From a bacterium (GTDB lineage: Bacteria; UBA8248): DNA of 64,000 bases. Position numbers and translations under genes: made by a program. Below the pieces are notes generated by a model. That model had not been told where the DNA came from and did not search any database. It saw only the letters and a program-made list of their open reading frames with translations. The DNA is taken from positions 3,424,001-3,488,000 of the forward strand of contig OZ244799.1 of assembly GCA_965219955.1 (NCBI GenBank), written 5' to 3'. The stretch's first letter is position 1. Every line of letters starts with the position of its first letter. Shown here piece by piece: positions 33,394-44,600 of the stretch.

Positions 33394-34386
33394 ATGAAAT
33401 TCACGACGTTTGAAATCGCCACACCCCTCGGAAACATCTCGCGCATCGGCGCTCTGGCGGAAGGCGGGGGCGGCCAAATCGCGCTCGACCTCGCCGGCGG
33501 CTACGCCGCGCTTCTTCAGGAAGAAGGCAAGGAGCCGCGCTTTCGTGAATATGCCGATTTCAGGCTTCCGCAGGATATGTGCGAACTCATGGCGGGCGGG
33601 GAGCCATCCCTCCTGGCCGCCCGGGCGGCGCAGGAATTCATCCTCGAGAACCCGGACAGGCATGGCCCGGACGGGGAGCAACTCGCCTTCTCTCTGCATG
33701 AGATACGCTTGCGCGCCCCGGTGCCCCGGCCCGTCACGTTTCGTGATTTTCTGATCCACGAGGGCCACAAGGCCGCTGGCGCGCGGCGGCGCAACACCAC
33801 CATCGACCCCATCTGGTACGAGCTCCCCTCCTGCTACAAGGGAAACCGCCTGACCATCATCGGTCCTGAGGATGAACTCAAATGGCCGCACTACACCGAA
33901 AAACTCGACTATGAACTCGAACTCGCCATGTTCATCGGAAAGCGCGGCAAGGACATCTCGCAGGAAAACGCCATGGATCACGTTTTCGGCTTCAGCGTGC
34001 TGAATGACTTCAGCGCGCGCGACATCCAGATCGATGAGATGAAGAACTGGCTGGGGCCTCACAAGGGCAAGGATTTCGGTACGGCGATCGGCCCGTGCGT
34101 CGTCACGGCGGATGAGTTCGACCCCACCGACGCGGTGATGATCGCCCGCGTCAACGGCGAGGAGTGGAGCCGGGGCAATGCGGGAGACGCCTACCATTCC
34201 TGGCCCAGGATGATCGAGTACGCCTCGATGGAGGAAGAACTCGTTCCGGGCGAGATGTTCGGCTCGGGCACCGTGGCCACCGGCTGCGGGGCGGACCTCG
34301 ACAGATGGATAAAACCCGGCGACGTCATCGAACTCGAAATCGAGGGAATCGGCGTCCTGAAAAACAAGATCGTGGGAGAGGCTTAA
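33394..34386 (+). CDS. Fumarylacetoacetate hydrolase family protein
   Basis: FRDF, YKGN, LDYELE, NDFSARD, KGKDF, GSGT. Confidence 0.92.
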   Translation: MKFTTFEIATPLGNISRIGALAEGGGGQIALDLAGGYAALLQEEGKEPRFREYADFRLPQDMCELMAGGEPSLLAARAAQEFILENPDRHGPDGEQLAFSLHEIRLRAPVPRPVTFRDFLIHEGHKAAGARRRNTTIDPIWYELPSCYKGNRLTIIGPEDELKWPHYTEKLDYELELAMFIGKRGKDISQENAMDHVFGFSVLNDFSARDIQIDEMKNWLGPHKGKDFGTAIGPCVVTADEFDPTDAVMIARVNGEEWSRGNAGDAYHSWPRMIEYASMEEELVPGEMFGSGTVATGCGADLDRWIKPGDVIELEIEGIGVLKNKIVGEA

Positions 34387-34910
34387 AGATCGGGCGGCCA
34401 TTCGCCCAATTCAAGCTCCCCGTTCCACATGAGGCCGTGCCGGGGGTGGCCGAGCCTGGTCGGAGGCCCCAGGGCGTGTACGCGGACGCCTTCGAGCAGG
34501 AGCGAGACCCCGGCGATTCTCCTCTCGTATTTCTTGGGGTCGACGCCGTTGGGGTTCCCCCAGGCGGCCAATACAAGCTCCGCGCCATTGAGACTCTCCT
34601 TGATCCACGCATCGTTTCCCCTGCCCACCATCACCCGGTACGGGTGGGCGTTCAGCTCTTCGGGATAAGGAGAACGAAGCGCGAAGAGGTTCACGTACCG
34701 GATGCGGCCATATTCGTTCCTGCGCGCCCAGGCCTCGACTTTCCCCACGGTGGGGTCGCTCCTCTCGGCGGAAGCCGTGGAGGGATTCTTGAGGATAACG
34801 GTGAGCGTCCGCGCACGCTCCTCCGCAATCCGCACCTCCAGAAAATAGCGGTACCGCCCGTATTTCCGGGGAACGCACCCTGTCACTTCCCTCACCTTTT
34901 TCGGCGCCAT
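34383..34910 (-). CDS. DUF1643 family protein
   Basis: YRY.L, NPSTA...DPT, VNLFA, AAWG, GHPRH motifs. Confidence 0.8.
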   Translation of the reverse strand: MAPKKVREVTGCVPRKYGRYRYFLEVRIAEERARTLTVILKNPSTASAERSDPTVGKVEAWARRNEYGRIRYVNLFALRSPYPEELNAHPYRVMVGRGNDAWIKESLNGAELVLAAWGNPNGVDPKKYERRIAGVSLLLEGVRVHALGPPTRLGHPRHGLMWNGELELGEWPPDL

Positions 34911-34974
34911 GCTTTTCCTTCCCGCTAAAAGAGCCATACAATGCCCGTCCAGTCACCCAGGAGAAAGGACGGCC

Positions 34975-35751
34975 ATGCCATACGACAATCTATTATATGA
35001 AATCGAGGGGCCCCTCGCCCTGATCACCATCAACCGCCCTGATCGACATAATGCCATATCCCTGGCCACGCTGGACGATCTCCACGCCGCCATCGCCGAG
35101 GCGGCCGATGATGAAGCCGTCCGCGTCATCGCCATCACCGGGGCGGGCGAGAAGGCGTTCGCCTCGGGCTCCGATCTCAAGGAAGTCGAGCACAGAAACC
35201 TCGCTATCGCGCTCACCCCCCTGGTGCAGGGCGTGGCGGAGCGCCTGGAGAGGACGCCCAAGGCGACGATTGCGGCGATCAACGGCTATTGCATGGGCGG
35301 GGGCCTGGAGGTCGCGCTCGGCTGCGATTTGCGGGTCGCGACGCCCCAGTCGAAATTCGCCACGCCGGAGGGGAGGATCGGCATCATCCCGGGCGGCGGC
35401 GCCACGCAGCGCCTGCCCCGCCTCATCGGGCGCGCCTGGGCGATGGAGATGCTCCTGATGGGGGAGACCATCGATGCGAAACGCGCGCTCGAGATAGGCC
35501 TCATCACCCGGCTCGTAGAGGCGGAAGAACTCATGCCCACCGTCAGGAAGATGGCCGAAAAACTCGCCGCCTACGCGCCTTTCGTGCCCCAGTTCATGAA
35601 GGCCATGGTGCACTACGGCATGGAGGGCAGCATGACGGCGGGCCTGGCGCTCGAGAAATTCGCCCAGGGCGCGCTCTGCGAAACCGAGGACAAGGCGGAG
35701 GGCCTGCGCGCCTTCCTCGAGAAGAGAAAACCCGAATGGAAGGGCAGATGA
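34975..35751 (+). CDS. Enoyl-CoA hydratase/isomerase family protein
   Basis: INRPDRHNA, AFASGSDL, GGGLE, PEGRIGIIPGGGATQRL, AFLEKRKP. Confidence 0.94.
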   Translation: MPYDNLLYEIEGPLALITINRPDRHNAISLATLDDLHAAIAEAADDEAVRVIAITGAGEKAFASGSDLKEVEHRNLAIALTPLVQGVAERLERTPKATIAAINGYCMGGGLEVALGCDLRVATPQSKFATPEGRIGIIPGGGATQRLPRLIGRAWAMEMLLMGETIDAKRALEIGLITRLVEAEELMPTVRKMAEKLAAYAPFVPQFMKAMVHYGMEGSMTAGLALEKFAQGALCETEDKAEGLRAFLEKRKPEWKGR

Positions 35752-35752
35752 G

Positions 35753-36175
35753 TTGAGCCTCGAAGTCGCCGGCGTCCTGGAAACGTGCATCTATGCCGAA
35801 GATCTGGATGCGGCGGAGGCGTTCTACCGCTCCGTGCTGGGGCTGGAGGCGTTTCAAAGAGCGCCCGGCCGCCACGTTTTCTTTCGCTGCGGGCCGCATG
35901 CCGTTTTCCTCGTCTTCAACCCCGAAGCGACCTCCCGGCCCGACATGAAGCTCGGCGTGCCGACGCATGGCGCGGCGGGGCCGGGGCACGTGACGTTCTC
36001 CATACGCGAGGCCGATATGGCCTCCTGGCGAAAGCGGCTGGCGGAACAGGGGGTGGACATCGAGCAGGAGGTCGACTGGCCCGGCGGCGGACACTCCCTC
36101 TATTTCAGGGACCCGGCGGGGAACAGCGTGGAGCTCGCTTCGCCTCGCATCTGGCGGCTGCCCGAGCCCTCCTGA
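35753..36175 (+). CDS. VOC/glyoxalase family protein
   Basis: LETCIY, FYRSVLG, GHVTF, SLYFRDPAGNSVEL. Confidence 0.92.
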   Translation: MSLEVAGVLETCIYAEDLDAAEAFYRSVLGLEAFQRAPGRHVFFRCGPHAVFLVFNPEATSRPDMKLGVPTHGAAGPGHVTFSIREADMASWRKRLAEQGVDIEQEVDWPGGGHSLYFRDPAGNSVELASPRIWRLPEPS

Positions 36176-36396
36176 ATTTCAAGTGGTTGTAAATACTCGC
36201 GTTCTGCGGTCGATCTCCCGATGTTATTTTCGTTTATTTATCGGAAAACCCCGTGAATTTATCTGATTTTAGCGAATTTTCCGGAAATTCCCCAAGGCCT
36301 CGAAGAGGACGAGCCCGACCGAGGCGAGGCGGTTGAAAAAGCCATCCACACTCAGAATTCACCGCCGCCGGAATGACCAACAAAGCCGCAAGGGCT

Positions 36397-36470
36397 GTAG
36401 GGACAGGCCCCCGTGCCTGTCCGATGCCCTGTACTACAAGGGACAACCACAGGGGGCAGGACAACCCTTT
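36397..36470. repeat. GTAG-type REP palindrome(s)
   Basis: gtagggacaggcccccgtgcctgtcc and a degenerate partner. Confidence 0.55.
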
Positions 36471-36500
36471 TAGGTTGTCCTGCTGCAAAACCCCCTCCCC

Positions 36501-36808
36501 GGGGTTGTTGAAAAGTCCCTCGATGCGGGAACACCACCGTCATTCCGGCCTTGAGCCGGAATCCATTTTTATGATTTTTGCTTTCGTTTTCGCATTTGAT
36601 TCCGATTCGCGGGAGAGAGCGTTGCGCCCGAATGCGGAACGGACGAGGCGGACATATACGGCGGCGTCCGTATTTTCCCCGGCCGGAAGTGAGGATGTCC
36701 GGGGGAAAGGCCAAAGACAAAGGCGAAAATGGATTCCGGCTCAAGGCCGGAATGACGAGCAAAGGCGAAGGTCAATCCCGAGCGAAGCAAGGCTTTTTCA
36801 ACAGCCCC
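36501..36808. mobile_element. MITE-like element carrying a gtcattccggc inverted pair
   Basis: ggggttgttgaaaag...tttttcaacagcccc ends; inner gtcattccggccttgagccggaatcc / ggattccggctcaaggccggaatgac; reverse homolog of 12853-13186. Confidence 0.75.
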
Positions 36809-37110
36809 GATGAAGGAGCGAACGCGTTTCCCCGGGGAAGGGGAAAAACGCGCCTCCTGAAGCCGAATCGCCCGAATCGCTTCTCTCCTCCTCGCGTCCA
36901 CAAGCGCGGCAATCCCCCGATCGGGATTGATTTTCCGCGCGGGATTCTCCCCCGCCCCGCGAAAAACCCGGTAACCCCAAATGCGGGAAAATGCGCGGCC
37001 CGTTCCTGCCGGGCAAGAGGGCCGGACAATCCCACCGAACACCCGGCGCCCATGCGCGCCCGCGCATCCCCCATGACCCGATATTCGCCATCCCCCCCTC
37101 TAAAAAAACC

Positions 37111-37294
37111 TTGCGTCCCGCGCGCTGCGTATCGTAATCTGAACGCATATTCATTTTTGTTGCGACAGATCTACGCGGGTATTGCCATATCGGTAACGAA
37201 GCAGAAAGTCTCGTCCACGCCTCGATGAGGCCGGGTGTCGGCGCGAACGAACGCCCCGTCGCGCTTCCCGCCGCGGACGGCCCGGGGCACGAGG
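37111..37294 (+). promoter_or_regulatory. Promoter-like boxes plus conserved structured 5' leader (copy 1)
   Basis: TTGCGT-18 nt-TAATCT; 37209-37294 is highly similar to 41593-41678 and can form nested stems. Confidence 0.55.
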
Positions 37295-37354
37295 TCAATC
37301 CCGACCGGAGAGGGAGGGATTGCGCGATTGAATAGCCAACACACCAGGAGGATC

Positions 37355-40300
37355 ATGATGACATTTCCAAAGCGAATACTTCTGGCAACGCTTATCTCGG
37401 CGCTGTTCAGCGCATTGGCCGCCGCGCCCGCCGCCTTCGCGCAGGAGTGCCCACGCGGACCCGGCGTTCCGGAGCTCCCGCCTCCCGCCGTGACGGCAGC
37501 CGAAGCGGATGCGGACCCCACCAAACTGGGGGAATTCGCCCTGGCGGCGTTAAGCGCCACGATAGCTCCCACAAGGAGCATCGATGAGGCATATTACATC
37601 GCATGCCTGTTCAGGCAGAGAGGGGGGCCCTTCTTTTCCGGCTCCACCTATACCATCTCCCTGACTCTCGACGGCAGGGTGTGGATCAACGCGAACGACA
37701 TGTCGACGGGAGGCGAACCGCTCAACCCCCGGATTTATGGAGCGATCCTCCATGCGCTGGGAATCGACGTCACCAGCCCGGCCGCCATACAGGCCGGTCT
37801 GGGGAGCGTGGCCGCAACGGGAACCTTCCCGAAGCCGGAGGGCGGCGCATTCAACGCAGGTCCACTCGGCGTACCGGGCGCTTCGGGCTACGCAGTCGGA
37901 TACATCGCCCCCCGTACCCGAACTCCATTCATCCTGCTGGCCGGTTTCGATCTTCAGGCATCCCATCTGGCGCCGGATGACGTCGACCCCGGCATGCCCG
38001 CGATAACGGCCGCCCAGGTCACCGACCGCGCGACGCTCAAGCAATTCGTCGATGAAGCGGTGGATTTCGCGAAGACCCTCTTCGAAAGCGGGGATCCCGC
38101 CGCCTTCTCGAAAATAAGGATCGCCTTTCGGGATCCGAACGGCCCCTGGAGGCACGGCCCCACCTATCTCTTCGTCATGCAGCGCACCGGCTACACGATC
38201 TTTCACGGTGCGTTCCCGGACAGGTTCGAGTTCCAGACTCCGACAAATAACCTGAGGGAGCAGTTGCCGTCGGGTGAACAGGGCGACCTTATTCTGCCGA
38301 AGATCATCCGGACCGCGAGAAACAACCCCGCCGGCGACTTCGTGGAGTATTATTTCGACAACCCGGACGATCCCGCCGACGACTTCAACACCCTCAAGGT
38401 GAGCTACGTGCGCGAGTACGAAGTGGAAGTCCCGTTGCCGGGTGGAGGGGTTTACCGGGATGCGATCATCGTAGGCGCGGGGATCTACGGAGAAGGCGGG
38501 GGCATCGTGGCGCAAGGCTGCCCGCTCCCGGCGGGCGTGGCCGAGAATACTCTCGCCACCCCGAGCGTCACGGCCGCTGATGTGGAGGCGGATCCCAGCC
38601 GACTGATGGACTTCGCCCTCGCGGCGAAGCGATATATGGAGAGCGTCGAGAGAGGGCCGGAACTGGCGCACAACGCCTGCGTCGTCAGGCAGGATGGGCC
38701 CTGGAAGTCCGGCGACACCTATATCGTCACGATAAATACAGAGGGGAGGGTGTTCTTCCACTCGAAAAGCGCAGCGTTGGGCGGCAGGCCGCTCAAGCGT
38801 CCCGTTTGGGCGGCGATCGCCGCCGCGACGGGTGCTGCCGCATTGCGCACGACGCGCGCCTTCGGGAACCCGAACGGCGGCGCCTTGCCGGCGCAAATCG
38901 GCGGCGGCTACGCAGTCGGCTTCACGCGGGCAGGAGGCAATCCGCTCATCCTCGTCGCGGGCCTCGACATCGGGGAAGCGCACCTCGACAGGGAGACCAT
39001 CGACCCGGGCGACCCGACAGTACGGGCCGACCAGGTGGTGGACCGCGCAACACTCAAGACCTTCGTGGAAGAGGCGAGGGATTACGTCCTGAGCGCTTTC
39101 CGCTCAGAAGGCCGCGCAGCGTTCAACCAGGTAAAGAGCGTCTTGCGGGATCCGAATGGACCCTGGAGGCACGGCCCCGTCTATCTCTTCATCATGGAAC
39201 CCACCGGCTACACGATCTTTCACGGGGCTTTCCCCGATAAATTCGAATTCCGGAGGCCCACGGACACACTGAGAGACGAAGTCACCGGAGAACTCATTCT
39301 GCCGCAGATCATCCGGGTCGCGACAACCAGCAAAGACGGCGGCTTCGTGCGGTACTTCTTCGACAACCCCGATGATGATTCCGACAGCGCCGACGTACCC
39401 AAGGTGACCTATGCGCTCCAGCACCCTTTCGAGACGACGCTGGCGGACGGGAGCACGTTCGAATACCCGCTCATCTTCGGCGCGGGCATCTACGGGGATG
39501 AGGGTGCAGTGTCCGAGAAGAGCGTGGCGGCGGCGAGGGGCTGGCTGGCGCGCTTCGGCCGCGCGGTGGGAAGCCAGGCGGTGGACATGATCTCGAACCG
39601 CCTGAACGCGCCCGCGCAGGGCGGGGCGAAGATGACGCTCGGCGGCCGGACGGTGAAGCTGGATGCGGATCCGGACAGCTACCTGGCGAAAGAAGACGTG
39701 GGCCTCACCGCCTCCCTCGCGCATGACGGAATCGATTCCCGCGGCCTCTCGCGCCCGATACTCACGAACCGGTTGACCAATGGGGAGGAGGATTCCCCGG
39801 GGGCCTACCGCGAAATGACGATGAGCCAGCTGCTCTCGGGCGCTTCGTTCCACCTGGCTTCGACCAAGGAAGCCGCGGAGGCGGCGGGCAGCAGATGGTC
39901 GATCTGGGGCCGCGGCGCGCAGAGTTCGTTCGAGGGCGGCGGAGAGGCCGCGATCGAGGGCGACGTGACGACGGCCATGCTCGGCGTGGATTACGAGAAG
40001 GGCAGGCTCCTCGCGGGCGTGGCGCTCTCACGAGCCAGCGGCGACGGGGGTTTCCAGAACGGGGAGCTCGAGGCGACCCTCACGAGCGTGCATCCCTACC
40101 TCCGCTACGAGGCGAGCGAGCGGCTCTCGTTGTGGGGGGTCCTGGGCATGGGCCAGGGCGAGATGACGCTCGAGGAGAGCGATCAGAAACACGAGACCGA
40201 CATCGATATGCGCATGGGCGCGTTCGGGCTTCGCGGCGAGATAGCGAAGATGGGCGGGTTCGACCTGGCGCTCAAATCAGACGTCCTCCTCACGCAGATG

Positions 40301-40960
40301 GACTCGGACGCGAAGGACGGGCTCGAGGCCATCTCGGCGGAGTCGAGCCGCCTGCGGGTGATGCTCGAAGCCTCGCGCAAGGTCGCCATGGAGGGCGGCG
40401 GGACAATCAGGCCTTCGGTGGAGGTGGGTCTCCGCAACGACGGCGGCGACGTGGACGAGGGTATGGGCGTCGAAGTCGGCGGCAGCATTCGCTTCACGAG
40501 TCCCTCCATGGGCCTGACGCTCGAGGTGAATGCGCGGGGGCTCGTGACGCACGAGGAAAGCGACGTGAGCGACTGGGGCGTGGGCGGGATGATCCGCATC
40601 GCCCCGGGCAAGAAAGGCCGGGGACTCGCCCTCACCGTGCGGCCCGAAGTGGGAGAAACCGCGAGCGGCGCGGCGCGCCTGTGGGGTCTCAAGGACGCCT
40701 CGCGTCTCGCGAAAGAGGAAATCGAGGACCTCGACCCCCGCGTGCGCGCGGAGGTGGGCTACGGCCTGGACGCCTGGGGCGGCCTGCTCACACCCTACGC
40801 CGGCCTCTCGGTGTCGGATAGCGGAAACGGGACCTACCGCCTGGGAAGCCGCTTCAGGATGGGCGAGCGCCTGAGCATGAGCCTGGAGGGCGACGTGCGC
40901 GAGCGCGTGAACGCCGACCCGGTGCACGGCGTGGCGCTGCGAGGAACAATGCGCTGGTAG
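37355..40960 (+). CDS. Large secreted protein: 2 Cache-containing repeat modules plus autotransporter-like beta-barrel (1201 aa)
   Basis: AGGAGG RBS, signal peptide (..AFA/QEC), single-Cache-like motifs (FRDPNGPW, YLF.M...G...FHG, GFVRYFFDNP, KVTY, GAGIY), WLARFGR linker, WGRGA/LGVDY strands, terminal Trp. Confidence 0.8.
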   Translation: MMTFPKRILLATLISALFSALAAAPAAFAQECPRGPGVPELPPPAVTAAEADADPTKLGEFALAALSATIAPTRSIDEAYYIACLFRQRGGPFFSGSTYTISLTLDGRVWINANDMSTGGEPLNPRIYGAILHALGIDVTSPAAIQAGLGSVAATGTFPKPEGGAFNAGPLGVPGASGYAVGYIAPRTRTPFILLAGFDLQASHLAPDDVDPGMPAITAAQVTDRATLKQFVDEAVDFAKTLFESGDPAAFSKIRIAFRDPNGPWRHGPTYLFVMQRTGYTIFHGAFPDRFEFQTPTNNLREQLPSGEQGDLILPKIIRTARNNPAGDFVEYYFDNPDDPADDFNTLKVSYVREYEVEVPLPGGGVYRDAIIVGAGIYGEGGGIVAQGCPLPAGVAENTLATPSVTAADVEADPSRLMDFALAAKRYMESVERGPELAHNACVVRQDGPWKSGDTYIVTINTEGRVFFHSKSAALGGRPLKRPVWAAIAAATGAAALRTTRAFGNPNGGALPAQIGGGYAVGFTRAGGNPLILVAGLDIGEAHLDRETIDPGDPTVRADQVVDRATLKTFVEEARDYVLSAFRSEGRAAFNQVKSVLRDPNGPWRHGPVYLFIMEPTGYTIFHGAFPDKFEFRRPTDTLRDEVTGELILPQIIRVATTSKDGGFVRYFFDNPDDDSDSADVPKVTYALQHPFETTLADGSTFEYPLIFGAGIYGDEGAVSEKSVAAARGWLARFGRAVGSQAVDMISNRLNAPAQGGAKMTLGGRTVKLDADPDSYLAKEDVGLTASLAHDGIDSRGLSRPILTNRLTNGEEDSPGAYREMTMSQLLSGASFHLASTKEAAEAAGSRWSIWGRGAQSSFEGGGEAAIEGDVTTAMLGVDYEKGRLLAGVALSRASGDGGFQNGELEATLTSVHPYLRYEASERLSLWGVLGMGQGEMTLEESDQKHETDIDMRMGAFGLRGEIAKMGGFDLALKSDVLLTQMDSDAKDGLEAISAESSRLRVMLEASRKVAMEGGGTIRPSVEVGLRNDGGDVDEGMGVEVGGSIRFTSPSMGLTLEVNARGLVTHEESDVSDWGVGGMIRIAPGKKGRGLALTVRPEVGETASGAARLWGLKDASRLAKEEIEDLDPRVRAEVGYGLDAWGGLLTPYAGLSVSDSGNGTYRLGSRFRMGERLSMSLEGDVRERVNADPVHGVALRGTMRW

Positions 40961-40978
40961 TATAGAAGGGAAAACTCT

Positions 40979-41430
40979 GTAGGGGCCGTTCGCGAACGTG
41001 GGCCGTTCTTGTGAACGGCCCCTACGGGGAGGAAACACGTTTTCTGTAGGGACAGGTCGCGACCTGTCCTTGCGAGGCGGTTCGGTTTCGTTCGTCATTC
41101 CGGCAATCAATGCCGACCGACGAGGGAGGGATTGCCCGGAATCCATTTTCACGCCTTTTGCCTTTCTTCAGCCTTCCCGTGCATCGGCGGGGAAGGAAAC
41201 GCCGCCGTGTATTCACCCGCATCCGCAAATGGATTCCGGCTTTCGCCGGAATGACGATAATCTGCGGGTCGAGGTGGGATAGGGGCGGTTCGCGAACTCA
41301 TGAGCGCCCTTCGATACGCCGCCTTCGGCGGCTACTCAGGATGAAGAACGTGGGGAGCGGAGCTTGTCCCGAGCGAAGTCGAGGGGCCGCTACCCAGGGT
41401 GAGGCAGAGCGGTCGGCTACACAAGGTGAG
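40979..41430. repeat. Mixed REP-like cluster between the two paralogs
   Basis: GTAG palindromes 40979-41025 and 41046-41069; gtcattccggc pair to 41255; cttcgatacgccgccttcggcggctactcagg. Confidence 0.75.
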
Positions 41431-41496
41431 GAGGGGGGATTGCGTTGCTTTCGGGCGTCTCTCACACCGGACTTCCGCTATCCCCCCTGAAAAACC

Positions 41497-41678
41497 TTGC
41501 TTCTCGCGCGCTGCATATCGTAATCTAAACGCATAAACAGCATTCACGACATTTTCACGCCCGCTTCGCCGTACCGGAAACGAAACAGAGTATCTCGTCC
41601 ACGCCTTGATGAGGCGGGTTGCCGGCGCGACCGAACGCCCCGTCGCGCTTCCCGGCGCGGACGGCCCAAGACACGAGG
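41497..41678 (+). promoter_or_regulatory. Promoter-like boxes plus conserved structured 5' leader (copy 2)
   Basis: TTGCTT-18 nt-TAATCT; leader ends at the gaggag RBS. Confidence 0.55.
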
Positions 41679-41686
41679 AGAACACC

Positions 41687-44600
41687 ATGAGGACTCTAAA
41701 ACCGTTATTTTTCTTTTGCCTCGTTCTGACCCTGGCCGGCGTATTGGCCGGCGCGCCCCCCGTCTTCGCGCAGGATAGCTGCCCGCTTCCGGCGGGCGTC
41801 ACGGCGAATCCGCTCGCCACCCCGAGCATTACGGCGGCTGACGTGGAGGCGGATTCCAACCGATTGACGGACTTCGCCCTGGCGGCGAGAGACTATATGG
41901 AGAGCGTCCGGCCCCCGGGCGAATTGGCGCACAACGCTTGCATCATCCGCCAGGAGGGCCCCTGGAAGTCCGGCGGCACCTACCTCGTCACCATATCCCT
42001 TGATGGAAGGGTGTTCTTCCACTCGGCCAGGGCGGCGTTGGGCGGCAAGCCGCTCAGCAATGCGGTTCGTCTAGCCATTTATCGCGCGCTGGGCATCACC
42101 GCCACCGCGCCTGCCGACATCCGCGCCGCCCTGGTCAATGTGGCCGAAACAGGGAGCTTTCCGAACGCGGATGGGGGCGTCTTGCCGGCGGGAATCGGCG
42201 GCGGCTACGCTGTCGGGTTCAGGCGCACCGGGGGGAATCCGCTCATATTGGTCGCCGGACTCGATATCGGGGAAGCTCACTTCGGCACGGAAACCGTCGA
42301 CCCCGGCGACCCCGACGTGCGGGCCGACGAGGTGGTGGACCGCGCTACGCTCAAGGCCTTCGTGGAGGAAGCGACGCAGTACGTCATCGACCGCTACCGG
42401 GCGGAAGGCCGCACCGCTTTTACGCAAATAAAGAGCGTCTTGAGGGATCCGGCCGGACCCTGGAGGCACGGCCCGACCTATCTCTTCATCATGGAGCCCA
42501 CCGGCTACACGATCTTTCACGGCGCGTTCCCCGACAGGTTCGAGTTCCAGACGCCGACAGATACCCTGAGGGAGCAGTTGCCGTCGGGTGGACAGGGCGA
42601 CCTCATTCTGCCGAAGATCATCCGGACCGCGAGAAGCAACCCCGCCGGCGACTTCGTCGAGTATTATTTCGACAACCCCGACGACCCGAACGACGACTTC
42701 AACACCCTCAAGGTGAGCTACGTGCGCCAGCACGTCTTCCAGGCCACGAGGGCGGACGGGACCACGTTCGAATACCCGCTCATCTTCGGCGCGGGCATCT
42801 ACGGGGAAGGCGGGGGCATCGTGGCGCAAGGCTGCCCGCTCCCGGCGGGCGTCACGGCGAATCCCCTCGCCAGCCCGAGCGTAACGGCCGAGCAGGTGGA
42901 AGCGGGCTCCGCCGGTTTGAGCGATTTCGCCCTGGCCGCGAAGCGATACATGGAGAGCGTCGAGAGAGGGCCGGAACTGGCGCACAACGCCTGCGTCGTC
43001 AGGCAGGATGGTCCCTGGAAGTCCGGCGACACCTATCTCGTCACGATAAATACCGAGGGGAGGGTGTTCTTCCACTCGAAAAGCGCAGCGTTGGGCGGCA
43101 GGCCGCTCAAGCGTCCCGTCTGGGCGGCGATCGCCGCCGCGACGGGCGCTGCCGCGTTGCGCACGACAGGCGCCTTCGGGAACCCGAACGGCGGCGCATT
43201 ACCGGCGCAGATCGGCGGCGGCTACGCCGTCGGCTTCACGCGGGCAGGAGGCAATCCGCTCATCCTCGTCGCGGGCCTCGACATCGGGGAAGCACACCTC
43301 GACAGGGAGACCATCGACCCCGGCGACCCGACAGTGCGGGCCGACCAGGTGGTGGACCGCGCAACGCTCAGGACTTTCGTGAACGAAGCTACGGATTACG
43401 TCCTGAGCACTTTCCGCTCGGAAGGCCGCGCCGCGTTCAACAAGGTAAAGAGCGTCTTGCGGGATCCGAACGGACCCTGGAGGCACGGCCCCGTCTATCT
43501 CTTCATCATGGAACCCACCGGCTACACGATCTTTCACGGGGCGTTCCCCGACAGATTCGAATTCCGGAGGCCCACGGAAACCCTGAGAGACGAAGTCACC
43601 GGACGGCTCATTCTGCCGCAGATCATCCGGACAGCGACAAGCAGCGAGGACGGCGGTTTTGTCCAGTATTACTTCGACAACCCGGATGACCCGAACGACG
43701 ATTTCAACACATTCAAGGTGACCTACGCGCGCCAGCACGTCTTCAGCAGCACGCTGGCGGACGGGACCCCGTTCGAATACCCGCTCATCTTCGGCGCGGG
43801 CATCTACGGCGACCCGAGCGCGGTGGCGGAGGACGTCTGCCCGCGCCCACCGGGTCTTGCAGACAACCCCCTCGCCACCCCGGGCGTAACGGCGGCTCAG
43901 GCGACGGGCGGCGACAATCTTCGCGCCTTCGCGCTGGCGGGGAGAGACTATTTCAACTCCATTACGACGCCGCAGGGGTTGGCCTACGCCGGATGCCTCG
44001 TCAGGAACGAGGGCCCCTGGAAGTCAGGCGACACCTACATCTCCGCCCTGACGCTCGACGGCAGGGTGCTCCTGAACGGGAAAGACATGTCGACGGGAGG
44101 CAGGCCGCTCCAGGACGCGGTTTATGCGGGCATCCTCGGCGCGCTGGGAATCGATCTCGCCGATCCGAGGACCATACCTGCCCAACTGCAGCAGGTATTC
44201 GCAAATCGCGCTTTCCCGAACGCGGACGGCGGCGCATTGCCGGGCGGCGGCTACGCCGTGGGGTACTTTGGCAGCAATATCCCGTACATCCTGCTCGCAG
44301 GCGTAGACCTCCAGGAAGCGCACTTCAAGGAGGATACCGCCGACCCCGGCGACCCGGACGTTAGCGCCGATGAAGTGGTGGACCGCGCAACGCTCAAAGC
44401 CTTCGTGAACGGGGCGGTAGACTACCTGCTCGAACTCTACCGGACAAACCCCGCCGGAGCCATCGGAATCGCGAGAAGCATACTGAGAAGACCACCCTGG
44501 AAGCACGGCCCCGTCTATCTCTTCATCATGGAAGACAGCGGCTACACGCTCCTTCACGGGGGGTTCCCGGACAGGTTCGAATTCCAGACGCCGACGCAAA

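Noticed and set aside
34383-34910. DUF1643 gene as a sign of a mobile island
   Set aside because: Host-like composition, with no integrase, att sites or other mobile genes adjacent.
36176-36350. AT-rich stretch and nearby hairpins (also 36810-37100) as a possible ncRNA
   Set aside because: No recognisable family, second copy or clear promoter-terminator pair.
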